DNA of 64,000 nt from Bacteroidota bacterium. GTDB lineage: Bacteria; Bacteroidota; Bacteroidia; 2-12-FULL-35-15. This document shows positions 1 through 8,618 of this stretch, in pieces. The stretch is from assembly GCA_025963775.1 (NCBI GenBank), contig JAOQAD010000041.1, positions 64,751-128,750 on the forward strand, in the 5' to 3' direction. The number at the start of each line of letters is the position of its first letter. Position 1 is the first letter of the stretch. Under the pieces are notes generated by a model. It was not told the DNA's origin and searched no databases. It saw only the letters and a list, made by a program, of their open reading frames with translations. Made by a program: the position numbers and the translations under genes.

Positions 1-747
1 GCAAACTCATGGTTCACAGCTCCTGCATTGTCAAAAAACTGGCTGATCTCCCCGGCACTGAGCCTGAGGTCAAGCGATACACTGTTCTGGAGAGCGGCGC
101 CAAGCCAGACTCCGCGTTACCTTGATGGTTACAAAGTGTACATTTCCACTACCACCAACGATAACCTGTCTTTCCTGGGTGCAGGAAGCGCATTGTTGTA
201 CACTGCGGCTGAAATGACCAGCCTTGGTTCCGACACAACATTCAGCACGTACGGATTCTCCTCAGGTTTCGTTCACGGACAGGATGGTACTTACATCGAC
301 ATCGCTACCACTTCCGCTCCAATTCTGCACAATGGCCAGCTGCGTCCTTTCTTTGTTCCATTGACTGCTTATGCAGGACAAACAGTGTTCATTGCATTCC
401 TGCATGAATCATTTGATGACAACCTGATCTCTATCGATGATTTCATGGTTCGCGGATCTGCAGTTCCTGCAGGCATCACAGAAAGCACAGACGAACTTGG
501 ACTGAATGTATTTCCAAATCCTTCTGCTGACCAGGCACAGGTTAATTATAACCTGACTGAGGCAACGAATGTGACCATCAGCATTTATGATGTAGCAGGA
601 AAACTGATCAGCTCTGATAACAAAGGTGTTCAGGCAGCAGGCCGTCACTTCTCTGCTATCAACACAGCAGCTATGGCAAACGGGTTCTACACGGTAAGTG
701 TACAAACAGGATCAAGCCGCAGCACTGTAAAAATGATCGTGAAGTAA
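1..747 (+). CDS. C-terminal fragment of a secreted protein ending in a T9SS (Por) C-terminal sorting domain; the 5' end lies outside the window
   Basis: The frame is open from base 1. The C-terminus 'LNVFPNPSADQAQVNYNLTEATNVTISIYDVAGKLI...GFYTVSVQTGSSRSTVKMIVK' matches the T9SS CTD pattern (TIGR04183-like). A strong terminator follows. Confidence 0.7.
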   Translation, partial: ANSWFTAPALSKNWLISPALSLRSSDTLFWRAAPSQTPRYLDGYKVYISTTTNDNLSFLGAGSALLYTAAEMTSLGSDTTFSTYGFSSGFVHGQDGTYIDIATTSAPILHNGQLRPFFVPLTAYAGQTVFIAFLHESFDDNLISIDDFMVRGSAVPAGITESTDELGLNVFPNPSADQAQVNYNLTEATNVTISIYDVAGKLISSDNKGVQAAGRHFSAINTAAMANGFYTVSVQTGSSRSTVKMIVK

Positions 748-769
748 TATAAAGGCTTATAAATTAAAG

Positions 770-805
770 ATCCCCGCTCCGGAAACGGCAGCGGGGATTT
801 TTTTG
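770..805 (+). terminator. Rho-independent terminator for the T9SS-CTD gene
   Basis: GC hairpin 'ccccgct-ccggaaacggc-agcgggg' followed by 'ttttttt'. Confidence 0.75.
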
Positions 806-865
806 ATGATTTATGAAAAATGTTTTGCCCCGGAGGGGCAATGTTTATTGTCGATCTGTATTTTC

Positions 866-891
866 TAAAAATGTCTGGCCTCTCCGAGGCC
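866..891 (-). terminator. Putative terminator for prfC
   Basis: Hairpin 'ggcctc-tcc-gaggcc', followed on the minus strand by 'agacattttt'. Confidence 0.45.
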
Positions 892-906
892 TGTTGCAAT
901 CAGGTA

Positions 907-2496
907 CTAATCTTCCTTGAATTCCGAAATAAAATGGAATTTGATATCGGGGTTCTTTTCTTCCGCCATTTGCAGCGCCCATGCTGATTCGGCAAGGAAT
1001 ACCGGGCGGCCTTCCTTGTCATTTGCCATGTGGTGCGCTTTTTCAAAGATGAAATTCTCCAGTTTCTTTTTATCCGGCGAGCTGATCCAGCAGGCTTTGT
1101 AAAGCGAGATCATCTCGTAGCTGCAGGAAGCGGAATATTCGCTTTTGAGTCGGTGCTGGATCACTTCGAACTGGAGTGCCCCAACGGTTCCCAGGATCTT
1201 ACGGTTATCGGTACGCTTCGTGAAGAGCTGCGCAACGCCTTCATCCGTAAGCTGCTCGAGTCCTTTGTTGAGCTGTTTGGTCTTCATCGGGTCGGTATTC
1301 ACCACGTATTTGAAAAGCTCGGGTGAAAACTGCGGAATGCCTTTGAAATTCAGCTTTTCGCCTTCGGTGAGCGTATCTGCGATCTTAAAGTTGCCGGAAT
1401 CGTAAAGGCCGATGATGTCGCCGGGATAGGCTTCGTCCACCACGCTTTTATCCTGCGCCATGAATGCGGTGGGATTGGAGAATTTCATATTCCTTCCTTC
1501 ACGCACATGATAGTAATTTTTGTTCCGCTCGAACTTGCCGGATACGATCCTTAAAAAGGCAATGCGGTCGCGGTGCTTCGGATCAAGGTTCGCGTGGATC
1601 TTGAAAATGAAGCCGCTGAAATTTTTGTCTTCAGGTTTGATCTCTTTTGCATCGGTGATCCTTCCTCTCGGGGAAGGGGCGATCCTGATAAAGGCATCGA
1701 GCAATTCGCGCACGCCGAAATTATTAACGGCGCTTCCGAAAAATACCGGTGATACCATCGCTTCGAGGTATTCCTCTTCGTCAAATTCAGGGTAACCGGC
1801 TTCGAGCAGCTCCACATCGTTTCTCAGTGTTTTTGCATAATCCTCACCGATCAGCTTATCAAGGGTTCCGTCATTCAGGTCTTTGATCTCGATGGAGTTT
1901 TCGAGGGTTTGCTTTTCACCGGGATTGAACACAGTGAGGCTTTTTTCATACAGGTTGTAAACGCCTTTGAATGTTTTCCCCATGCTGATCGGCCAGCTTA
2001 AGGGGCGAAGGTCAATCCGGAGCTCCTTTTCGATCTCTTCCAGCAGGTCGAAAGGATCTTTTCCTTCACGGTCGAGCTTGTTGATGAACACGATCACGGG
2101 TGTGCTGCGCATACGGCAAACCTCGAGCAGCTTGCGCGTTTGAGGCTCAACGCCTTTTGCACAGTCGATGAGCATGATCACGCTGTCCACAGCAGTAAGC
2201 GTGCGGTAGGTATCCTCTGCGAAATCCTCGTGGCCGGGAGTATCGAGCAGGTTGATCTTTAATCCTTTGTATTCAAATCCCATCACGGAAGTGGCGACAG
2301 AGATCCCGCGCTGACGTTCGATCTCCATAAAATCGGAAGTCGTATGCTTCTTGATCTTGTTGGATTTAACGGCGCCAGCAGTCTGGATAGCACCGCCGAA
2401 CAGCAGCAGCTTTTCGGTGAGGGTGGTTTTACCGGCATCGGGGTGTGCAATGATGCCGAAGCTTCTGCGTCTTTTTATTTCTTCCTGTATGGTCAT
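907..2496 (-). CDS. prfC: Peptide chain release factor 3 (RF3), translational GTPase
   Basis: Full-length 529 aa product with G1 'AHPDAGKTT', 'DTPGH' and 'NKLD' motifs and overall RF3-type architecture. Confidence 0.93.
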   Translation of the reverse strand: MTIQEEIKRRRSFGIIAHPDAGKTTLTEKLLLFGGAIQTAGAVKSNKIKKHTTSDFMEIERQRGISVATSVMGFEYKGLKINLLDTPGHEDFAEDTYRTLTAVDSVIMLIDCAKGVEPQTRKLLEVCRMRSTPVIVFINKLDREGKDPFDLLEEIEKELRIDLRPLSWPISMGKTFKGVYNLYEKSLTVFNPGEKQTLENSIEIKDLNDGTLDKLIGEDYAKTLRNDVELLEAGYPEFDEEEYLEAMVSPVFFGSAVNNFGVRELLDAFIRIAPSPRGRITDAKEIKPEDKNFSGFIFKIHANLDPKHRDRIAFLRIVSGKFERNKNYYHVREGRNMKFSNPTAFMAQDKSVVDEAYPGDIIGLYDSGNFKIADTLTEGEKLNFKGIPQFSPELFKYVVNTDPMKTKQLNKGLEQLTDEGVAQLFTKRTDNRKILGTVGALQFEVIQHRLKSEYSASCSYEMISLYKACWISSPDKKKLENFIFEKAHHMANDKEGRPVFLAESAWALQMAEEKNPDIKFHFISEFKED

Positions 2497-2550
2497 AGTT
2501 CAAAGGCTTTTTCCCGGAAAGAGGGAAAGGCAGGATGTATTATTTCATGT

Positions 2551-2585
2551 AAATAAAAAACCCTTTCCGTTGTTTACGGAAAGGG
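2551..2585 (-). terminator. Rho-independent terminator for rplS
   Basis: Hairpin 'ccctttccg-ttgttta-cggaaaggg', with a T-run on the minus strand (an A-run at 2551-2560 on plus). Confidence 0.6.
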
Positions 2586-2606
2586 CTTTGGAATATTCTG
2601 AATGAA

Positions 2607-2957
2607 TTATTGTTTCTTTTCTGCGATACGTGCTGCTTTGCCGGTAAGTCCGCGCAGGTAGTACAAACGTGCCCTGCGTACAACACCAACTTTATTCACT
2701 TCAACTTTATCGATATACGGGGAGTTAACAGGGAACACACGCTCCACGCCAATGCCGTTGCTCATTTTACGAACTGTGAAAGATTCTGTGAATCCTGCAC
2801 CTTTGCGCTGGATCACAACGCCCTGGTATTGCTGAACACGCTCTTTTTCACCTTCTTTGATCTTATAGTGAACGGTAACAGTATCACCGGCTTTGAAAGG
2901 TGAATGTTTTGCTTTTGTTCCGAACTGCTCTTCTACGAATTGAATTAAATTGCTCAT
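2607..2957 (-). CDS. rplS: 50S ribosomal protein L19
   Basis: 116 aa product with the typical L19 sequence ('...[30 protein letters not shown]...'). Confidence 0.93.
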   Translation of the reverse strand: MSNLIQFVEEQFGTKAKHSPFKAGDTVTVHYKIKEGEKERVQQYQGVVIQRKGAGFTESFTVRKMSNGIGVERVFPVNSPYIDKVEVNKVGVVRRARLYYLRGLTGKAARIAEKKQ

Positions 2958-3007
2958 AACTCTTTGTTTTATAATGTGTTAATCTCTTCTTTGCCTGAAA
3001 AGGACTG

Positions 3008-3015
3008 CAAATATA
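3008..3015 (-). promoter_or_regulatory. Candidate Bacteroidota -7 box (TAnnTTTG = 'tatatttg' on the minus strand) upstream of rplS
   Basis: Matches the Bacteroidetes sigmaA -7 consensus about 50 nt upstream of the rplS start. No good -33 element was found. Confidence 0.3.
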
Positions 3016-3149
3016 AGATTTTTTTCAAGATCGAAAACATTTCTCCCGAAATTTTTTTGCCTGTTTTTAGTATTTCTGGGATCAAAAGTACAAATTAAGG
3101 CCTTCGATCTGCTAAACAGCAGCTTTTTCGCACCTTTTTTTAGAATAAA

Positions 3150-4064
3150 TTATTGGACCGGCACGAAAAAAAAATCATAAGTAATAGTTACCTTACTTAC
3201 CAAGTTTTCATACTGCTTTTTGTGAGCATTTAATATTTTCCTTTCTTCCGGAAAAGAAGGGTCTGAGGCATCAACGAACCAATTTTTATAATTAGTAGCA
3301 TTGGTGATCAGCTTGTAAAACTCAGAGCCGGTTTTCTGCATATTCTGGCTTGCCAGGTTGCTTGCTGCCAGCCTGATCGTTAAATAATCTTTCCAGCCAA
3401 CAAGATAGCTTGGATTTTTAGGGAAAGATTCATCATTAGTGGCATTAGAGGCTAATTTCCAGAACTTACCGTTCAGAAGGTTTTTTGGTTGCGCGAGGAT
3501 TGAAGCAGCAGATGTATTAAACTGGAAGTATCCCGGAGCAGTGTAAAAATAGATCGAGCCGGATGCATTAAAGGCGGAGAGCCATTCCTCGAGCGGCAAT
3601 GGCGAATTACTATTTATCACAGGATCGAATACAAGGATTTTTCCTTTATTGTTATAGATTGCTGTTGCCACATGATAATCCCAGGCAACAAGAGTGGGAT
3701 TTGATTTTAAAGTCAGGCCATCTGTTGAGAAAATGTCCGTTTTTGATCGTGAGAAAAGCCAAACCTTAAATGTATTGATCTTCATTTCATTTGCCAGCAG
3801 CGAAATATAATGCGCCCGTGTTTCACACAGCCCGATCGGATAGTTTTCAAATCCTTTGAACGTTTGCATGATGGCTGTCAGCGATTTTACCTGGGTATCA
3901 TCAGCCTTGTATACCAGTGAATCAAAAGGTTTACCGAAAAAAGCATCGAACCCTGTTTTCTGGATATACCCGGCCGGAGAAATGAAACCAGGTTTTTGCG
4001 CGATTGAAAGATTGCACCATAACATAAACAGGCAAGCAAATCTGGTAAGAATCGAAGTTTTCAT
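3150..4064 (-). CDS. Secreted hypothetical protein with a protein-glutaminase-like / transglutaminase-like Cys-His-Asp signature
   Basis: Signal peptide 'MKTSILTRFACLFMLWCNLSIAQ'. Motifs 'GLCETRAHYISLL', 'VAWDYHVATAIY' and 'LVFDPV' line up with the catalytic Cys/His/Asp blocks of Chryseobacterium protein-glutaminase as recalled from memory ('GCYARAHKM', 'VAWSYHVA', 'IIDPS'). Confidence 0.5.
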   Translation of the reverse strand: MKTSILTRFACLFMLWCNLSIAQKPGFISPAGYIQKTGFDAFFGKPFDSLVYKADDTQVKSLTAIMQTFKGFENYPIGLCETRAHYISLLANEMKINTFKVWLFSRSKTDIFSTDGLTLKSNPTLVAWDYHVATAIYNNKGKILVFDPVINSNSPLPLEEWLSAFNASGSIYFYTAPGYFQFNTSAASILAQPKNLLNGKFWKLASNATNDESFPKNPSYLVGWKDYLTIRLAASNLASQNMQKTGSEFYKLITNATNYKNWFVDASDPSFPEERKILNAHKKQYENLVSKVTITYDFFFVPVQ

Positions 4065-4105
4065 TTTATCGTTGGATTATTTAGTAAAGATATCTGAATT
4101 GCGTC

Positions 4106-4780
4106 TTACTCCAAAAGATCCGGGCGGCGCTGCCTGGTACGTTCAATGCTTTGCTCATGCCGCCAGTTCTCGATCTTCTCCGCATGGCCGGAAAGCAAGA
4201 TCTCAGGCACTTTCCATCCGTTGAATTCTGCCGGACGTGTATACACTGGCGGTGCCAGCAGGTTATCCTGGAATGAATCGGTAAGGGCGGAAGTTTCATC
4301 CGAAATGGCGCCGGGAATGATCCGGATCACACTGTCGCAGATCACAGCTGCAGCGAGCTCGCCGCCGGAAAGCACATAATCGCCGATGGAGATCTCCTTT
4401 GTAATGAAGTGGTCGCGGACACGCTGGTCAACGCCTTTATAATGCCCGCAGAGAATGATGATGTTGTTGAGGGTTGATAAATGATTGCTGGTCCGCTGGT
4501 TCAATGTTTCACCGTCAGGCGAAGTGTAAATGACCTCGTCATAATCCCGCTCTGCTTTCAGTGCATTGATGCAATTGGCGATCGGCTCAATGGTCATTAC
4601 CATTCCGGCGCCCCCGCCGAATGCGTAATCATCCACGCTTTTTTGTTTTTGGGTGGAATAATCGCGGAGGTTGATGAGATTGACCTCCACCAGTCCTTTA
4701 TCAATTGCCCGCCTGAGGATGCTGTGCTGGAAAGGGCTTTCGAGCAGCTGGGGCAAAACGGTAATAATATCGATGCGCAT
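4106..4780 (-). CDS. trmD: tRNA (guanine37-N1)-methyltransferase
   Basis: TrmD SPOUT-family sequence ('[12 protein letters not shown]...', '[11 protein letters not shown]', '[10 protein letters not shown]', '[11 protein letters not shown]'). The start is taken as the ATG at 4780; the ORF track extends it 13 codons upstream. Confidence 0.9.
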   Translation of the reverse strand: MRIDIITVLPQLLESPFQHSILRRAIDKGLVEVNLINLRDYSTQKQKSVDDYAFGGGAGMVMTIEPIANCINALKAERDYDEVIYTSPDGETLNQRTSNHLSTLNNIIILCGHYKGVDQRVRDHFITKEISIGDYVLSGGELAAAVICDSVIRIIPGAISDETSALTDSFQDNLLAPPVYTRPAEFNGWKVPEILLSGHAEKIENWRHEQSIERTRQRRPDLLE

Positions 4781-4888
4781 GGGGCAAAGGTAATTAATGT
4801 AGCGATGTGCAGGGTGCATCTTTTGCAGATTTTTGGATATTCAATAAATCTGCTATATTAGCCACCGAAACCACAGAAAATCTACCTT

Positions 4889-5689
4889 ATGAAAAGAGTT
4901 ACTACCGTACTGAAATTCAGTATCCTGGCTGTATTTATCCTGCTTTGCCCGGAAATCAAAGCGCAGGACACCATCCTGAAAACCGATGGCTCCGTTATTT
5001 ATGCGAAGATCATTGAAATGGGCAACAATGCTGTGAGCTATAAGAGAAGCGATTTTGAAGACGGGCCAACCTTCGTGGAAAACAAATCGAACATTGCGAT
5101 CATCAAATTCCGCAACGGTACGCGGCAGGAATTTGTAAAGGTGGAAACGCCTTCGAATAACAATGGCACACAAAATAATAATGGAACCGGCAACAGCCAG
5201 AACAATGGCAACGGCACCACCAATTCATCCGCTAAAACGAACAACAGTACAAATAACCAGAATACTTCCAGTGATCCTTTAAAGAACGGCCCGGTAAATA
5301 ACGGGAACAGCAAGATCGAGATCGTGGATGGCAAATACATGATGAACGGGCAGAAGCTGGGCAGAAAAGCGCTTGACCGGGAGCTGAAGAAATCCACTAA
5401 TCCGCTCGTGCAGGTAAGCCTGAAAACGGCGAAGCTGGCGAAAGTATCGCAGAAAATAGTAGGCATCACCGCGATACCGAGCACCATTGCCGGCGGGGTA
5501 ACGTCCATCATCACCATCTCGCAGGCGGTTACAGCTTACCAGACAGGGAAAATGACCCCGCAGTATTATGTGAATGCCGGTCTGAGCTTCCTTGGAACGC
5601 TCACAGTGCCTATCACTTCCAAGATCCTGAAAAAGCAGCGCGATAAATTGTACAAGAAGACGATCGACCTGTACAATATGGGGAATTAA
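4889..5689 (+). CDS. Secreted hypothetical protein with an Asn/Gly/Thr-rich low-complexity linker
   Basis: Signal peptide 'MKRVTTVLKFSILAVFILLCPEIKAQ'. An approximately 60 aa N/G/T-rich tract lies in the middle; the C-terminal part is hydrophobic. Confidence 0.55.
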   Translation: MKRVTTVLKFSILAVFILLCPEIKAQDTILKTDGSVIYAKIIEMGNNAVSYKRSDFEDGPTFVENKSNIAIIKFRNGTRQEFVKVETPSNNNGTQNNNGTGNSQNNGNGTTNSSAKTNNSTNNQNTSSDPLKNGPVNNGNSKIEIVDGKYMMNGQKLGRKALDRELKKSTNPLVQVSLKTAKLAKVSQKIVGITAIPSTIAGGVTSIITISQAVTAYQTGKMTPQYYVNAGLSFLGTLTVPITSKILKKQRDKLYKKTIDLYNMGN

Positions 5690-5847
5690 GGTTGATGAAG
5701 GAAAATGTTGGAATATAAACTACAATGACTAAGTCACTTCGTTGCGAAGCGTATCGGGAAGCAGACCAGTTCTCGATACTTTCGCCAGAAAAAGGCGAAA
5801 ACTCGAACTGACATAAATATTCCAACTATTAATTATTCCTAATTTAT

Positions 5848-5985
5848 TTGTCATTCCGAGCCTGACCCGGAATCTCGCTACGATCAAAAGACAAGTGGAA
5901 TCCAGCCAGCCCGTAACATTCCAGAGAGATGCCGTGTCGGAGCACGGCATGACGGATAAACAGGGAGATTAAAAGAACATTTCCC
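5848..5985. repeat. ~135-bp two-hairpin intergenic repeat, copy 1 (second copy at 39537-39670)
   Basis: 'ttgtcattccgagcctgacccggaatctcgcta...gatgccgtgtcggagcacggcatgacgga...gattaaaagaaca' is about 80% identical to 39537-39670. Each copy contains two perfect or near-perfect hairpins. Confidence 0.8.
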
Positions 5986-5999
5986 TATAACATTTCCTT

Positions 6000-6527
6000 T
6001 TACGCCACAACCGGTTTCGCTTTCCGCTTGAGGATCAGCGCGCTGATGAGTGTGATGAGCAATGCGACAGGTAATACTTCCATATACGTAAAGAGGATTA
6101 CATATACCGGGTTCTTGTACATATCCTTATAACCTGCCATTTCTGCCGAGATCTGTTCGATCTCCGCCTGCCCGGCCCCGGATGCCTGCGCCTGCTGGAT
6201 CATGTGAGCGGCATACTGATCCATGAAATCCGGCATAAAGAAATAATAGATCACCAGCCAGGTAAGTACATACATGGTGGAAGCGATCAGGGCGATGAAG
6301 AGTCCCAGCTTGAATGCCTTTCCGAAGCTGATCAGCCCGTTGTTATAGTTGTCGCGGTAATTTTTAATTCCCACAAATACAAAGGCGAGGGCGGCAAGCA
6401 TGGAGGCATAGCCCAGCAGCATGCCTGCAACATCATGGCTGTAGGCGCCAAAAATTGTGAATAAGATCATTAAGCCGGAGATCACGAGTGCCGAGATGAG
6501 TCCGAAAACAAGTACATTTTTTTTCAT
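6000..6527 (-). CDS. DUF4199-like small integral membrane protein
   Basis: 175 aa with about 4 transmembrane helices. Size and topology are typical of the Bacteroidota-specific DUF4199 family. Confidence 0.55.
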   Translation of the reverse strand: MKKNVLVFGLISALVISGLMILFTIFGAYSHDVAGMLLGYASMLAALAFVFVGIKNYRDNYNNGLISFGKAFKLGLFIALIASTMYVLTWLVIYYFFMPDFMDQYAAHMIQQAQASGAGQAEIEQISAEMAGYKDMYKNPVYVILFTYMEVLPVALLITLISALILKRKAKPVVA

Positions 6528-6641
6528 GTTGGTTTTTTTTAAGGTTTAGGCTACAAAAGTGCTTTTTGAAAACCGCATTTCCTTCATACTAAAGTGTGAA
6601 TTGATGTAAAACCGTCAATTTCATTCCAAAGGATGAAAATC

Positions 6642-7151
6642 TTATTGTATGATTTTCAGTCGTTTAGCTTTCTCGATGGCCTGGGTTCTTCTTTTCACAT
6701 CCATTTTTTCGAGAACCTTTGAAGAATGTGTTTTAATAGTGTGGAGGGATACAAATAAGCGTTCGGCAATCTCCTGGTTGCTTAAACCTTCGGCCATCAA
6801 TTGCAGCACTTCCAGTTCCCGTTTGCTTAGTCCGAGCTTTTCCAGTTCTTTTTCATCCATTACAAATTCCACCGGCTCCTTTATGTAGATCTCCTTTTCT
6901 ACCTCAACTTCCACTTCTATGTAAACAGTTTCCTTTTGCGGCTTGCTGAGCTTCAGCGCCAGCCAGATCCCAAGGCCTGTGAAGATCAGGGCAATAGCGC
7001 CTGCATAGAGCTCAAAAGCGTGGTCCATGATAATGAAGCGCCATTCCAGCCATTTAAGGAGCAGGAGCAGGAAGGCGAGGGAAGAGCCATAAAGTATTGC
7101 CAGTTTGTTCCTGGAAATGAAATTGAGCATTTGGTTCCTGGATTTTTGCAA
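6642..7151 (-). CDS. Membrane-anchored LuxR-family transcriptional regulator
   Basis: Two N-terminal transmembrane helices, followed by a C-terminal HTH_LuxR ('LSKRELEVLQLMAEGLSNQEIAERLFVSLHTIKTHSSKVLEKMDV'). Confidence 0.7.
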   Translation of the reverse strand: MQKSRNQMLNFISRNKLAILYGSSLAFLLLLLKWLEWRFIIMDHAFELYAGAIALIFTGLGIWLALKLSKPQKETVYIEVEVEVEKEIYIKEPVEFVMDEKELEKLGLSKRELEVLQLMAEGLSNQEIAERLFVSLHTIKTHSSKVLEKMDVKRRTQAIEKAKRLKIIQ

Positions 7152-7180
7152 AGATAAAGGTTTGCCCGGAACTGGGAAGA

Positions 7181-7588
7181 TCAGCCTGCTATTCCCTTAT
7201 TCCGTTTTTTTACAGTGCCGGACCACAGGATCAATGAAATGATCAAAGGCAGGATGCCGGCAAAAAGGATGAGTGAGGTGATGAGCTCATCGATATGAAC
7301 CGGCTGCGCATCTCCCCAGGGAGCATAAGCGGAATACAGCGTGAGGAAGATCACGGAAAAGAATTGTGTAAGGCAGAGCAGGAAAAAGATGTTCTTAAAT
7401 CCGATCTTCTGTCCGTTCATGTTCCGGCGAAGGACGATAAATGCGTATACCTGCACTGCGACCATGGCACCGATGATCAGGATGAGATTAATTACCTGGT
7501 CCTGGCTCAGGGAAACGATGGCTATGTGCGCCAGCAGAAAGGCGATGCCAAGGCCAAGTGCAGAGGAAAGTTGTTTTGAGATGTTCAT
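7181..7588 (-). CDS. Hypothetical integral membrane protein (~4 TM)
   Basis: 135 aa hydrophobic product, 30 bp downstream of the LuxR gene on the same strand. Confidence 0.5.
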   Translation of the reverse strand: MNISKQLSSALGLGIAFLLAHIAIVSLSQDQVINLILIIGAMVAVQVYAFIVLRRNMNGQKIGFKNIFFLLCLTQFFSVIFLTLYSAYAPWGDAQPVHIDELITSLILFAGILPLIISLILWSGTVKKRNKGIAG

Positions 7589-7606
7589 ATATACTGATGA
7601 GGTGTA

Positions 7607-8155
7607 TTAATTTCCGAACTGCCTGATGGCATTCTTTAGCTTTGTTTCAATGTGGCAGTAGATCGCCAGCTCTTTGTTCCGGATGGCCCTGAGCGTGCTG
7701 TCTACCGGGTATAATTCCATCTCCACAGGACTGGTGACGCGCACAACGGTTTGTGTGCCTTCTCCGTCGGATTTTGTTTTCCATTGCATCCCGTAATTTT
7801 CCACGAGGTATTGCCCGAAGTTGTACGAAAGGAATGCGGTGTGCTGCGCGGCGGAGAATCCAAGGAAATCGCCATAGCCGGAGTTGCCCCACAAATTAAG
7901 GTATTCATCGAGGTTGGCAGGATGGTTTACCGGCTGCATGCTGAATTTAAGCAATGGCGCCATCATGTCCTGAAGCATTTCCCTGCTGGCTTCTATGTGA
8001 AGGTATTCTTTTTCCGAGAGGTCGGTAAATGTGAAATCGGCTATTTGGGCTTTATTGATGAGGTAAGTGCCTTTCTCGGCTTCCACATACGCTTCCTGCT
8101 CTGCTTCGGACTGCTCGGGGCCGGTCCTGTCCTGTCGTTTTTTGAAAAATCTCAT
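7607..8155 (-). CDS. Hypothetical cytoplasmic protein (possibly DUF3806-like)
   Basis: 182 aa with ordinary composition and no signal peptide. It lies 5 nt downstream of the 8161-8565 gene on the same strand. Confidence 0.5.
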   Translation of the reverse strand: MRFFKKRQDRTGPEQSEAEQEAYVEAEKGTYLINKAQIADFTFTDLSEKEYLHIEASREMLQDMMAPLLKFSMQPVNHPANLDEYLNLWGNSGYGDFLGFSAAQHTAFLSYNFGQYLVENYGMQWKTKSDGEGTQTVVRVTSPVEMELYPVDSTLRAIRNKELAIYCHIETKLKNAIRQFGN

Positions 8156-8160
8156 CGCCT

Positions 8161-8565
8161 TTATTTCGCTTTCATTTTATTGTTCTTCGCTTCGTGCGTA
8201 AGCTCGGCAAGTCCCAGCTCTTCCATTAAAGGCGGAACATACACGCCAAACCTGCCGCGAAGCCCTTTTTTTAGTCCATACCAGCCTTTCACCGGGTTTT
8301 TCGGGGAGCGTCCCCATGCTTCAACGGTGCCTTCCTTTGCTTCTTTCTGTTCATCCGCTCCGCCAAGGTCCATCCAGTCGCCGTGCTTTTTCAGCATCTG
8401 CTGCAGGTCGGCAAGGCATTGCGCATCATACAGCAGGGTTGTTTTGCCGACAACACAAACGATCACTTCTTTTCCGTCCTTCACATCTTTATACATTTCA
8501 TACTCTGAAGTGTTGGGAGGTGTTTTTAATTTCCAGGGATTTTCTTTGGTGCCTTTTGCTGCCAT
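8161..8565 (-). CDS. Hypothetical small basic protein
   Basis: 134 aa ('...NPWKLKTPPNTSEYEMYKDVKDGKE...'). No family was recognised with confidence. Confidence 0.5.
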   Translation of the reverse strand: MAAKGTKENPWKLKTPPNTSEYEMYKDVKDGKEVIVCVVGKTTLLYDAQCLADLQQMLKKHGDWMDLGGADEQKEAKEGTVEAWGRSPKNPVKGWYGLKKGLRGRFGVYVPPLMEELGLAELTHEAKNNKMKAK

Positions 8566-8618
8566 GCCGATTTTTTGATAAATTGTTTATCTTCCGTAAA
8601 GATATAAAAGATCGGCTC

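Noticed and set aside
917-2605. Several plus-strand ORFs of 60-100 aa inside and antisense to prfC
   Set aside because: They are fully contained in the antisense strand of a high-confidence conserved gene (RF3) and have no supporting features.
5613-5950. Two small minus-strand ORFs (70 and 73 aa) in the 5690-6000 intergenic region
   Set aside because: They lie entirely within the hairpin-repeat element (5848-5985) and its AT-rich flank. The hairpin sequences are what keep the frames open.
7751-8578. 275-aa plus-strand ORF spanning two minus-strand genes
   Set aside because: It crosses the 5-nt gap between the tandem minus-strand ORFs 7607-8155 and 8161-8565. Its product is Phe/Ser/Cys/Pro-rich low complexity with no plausible start region. 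The minus-strand pair has normal composition and tight operon spacing.
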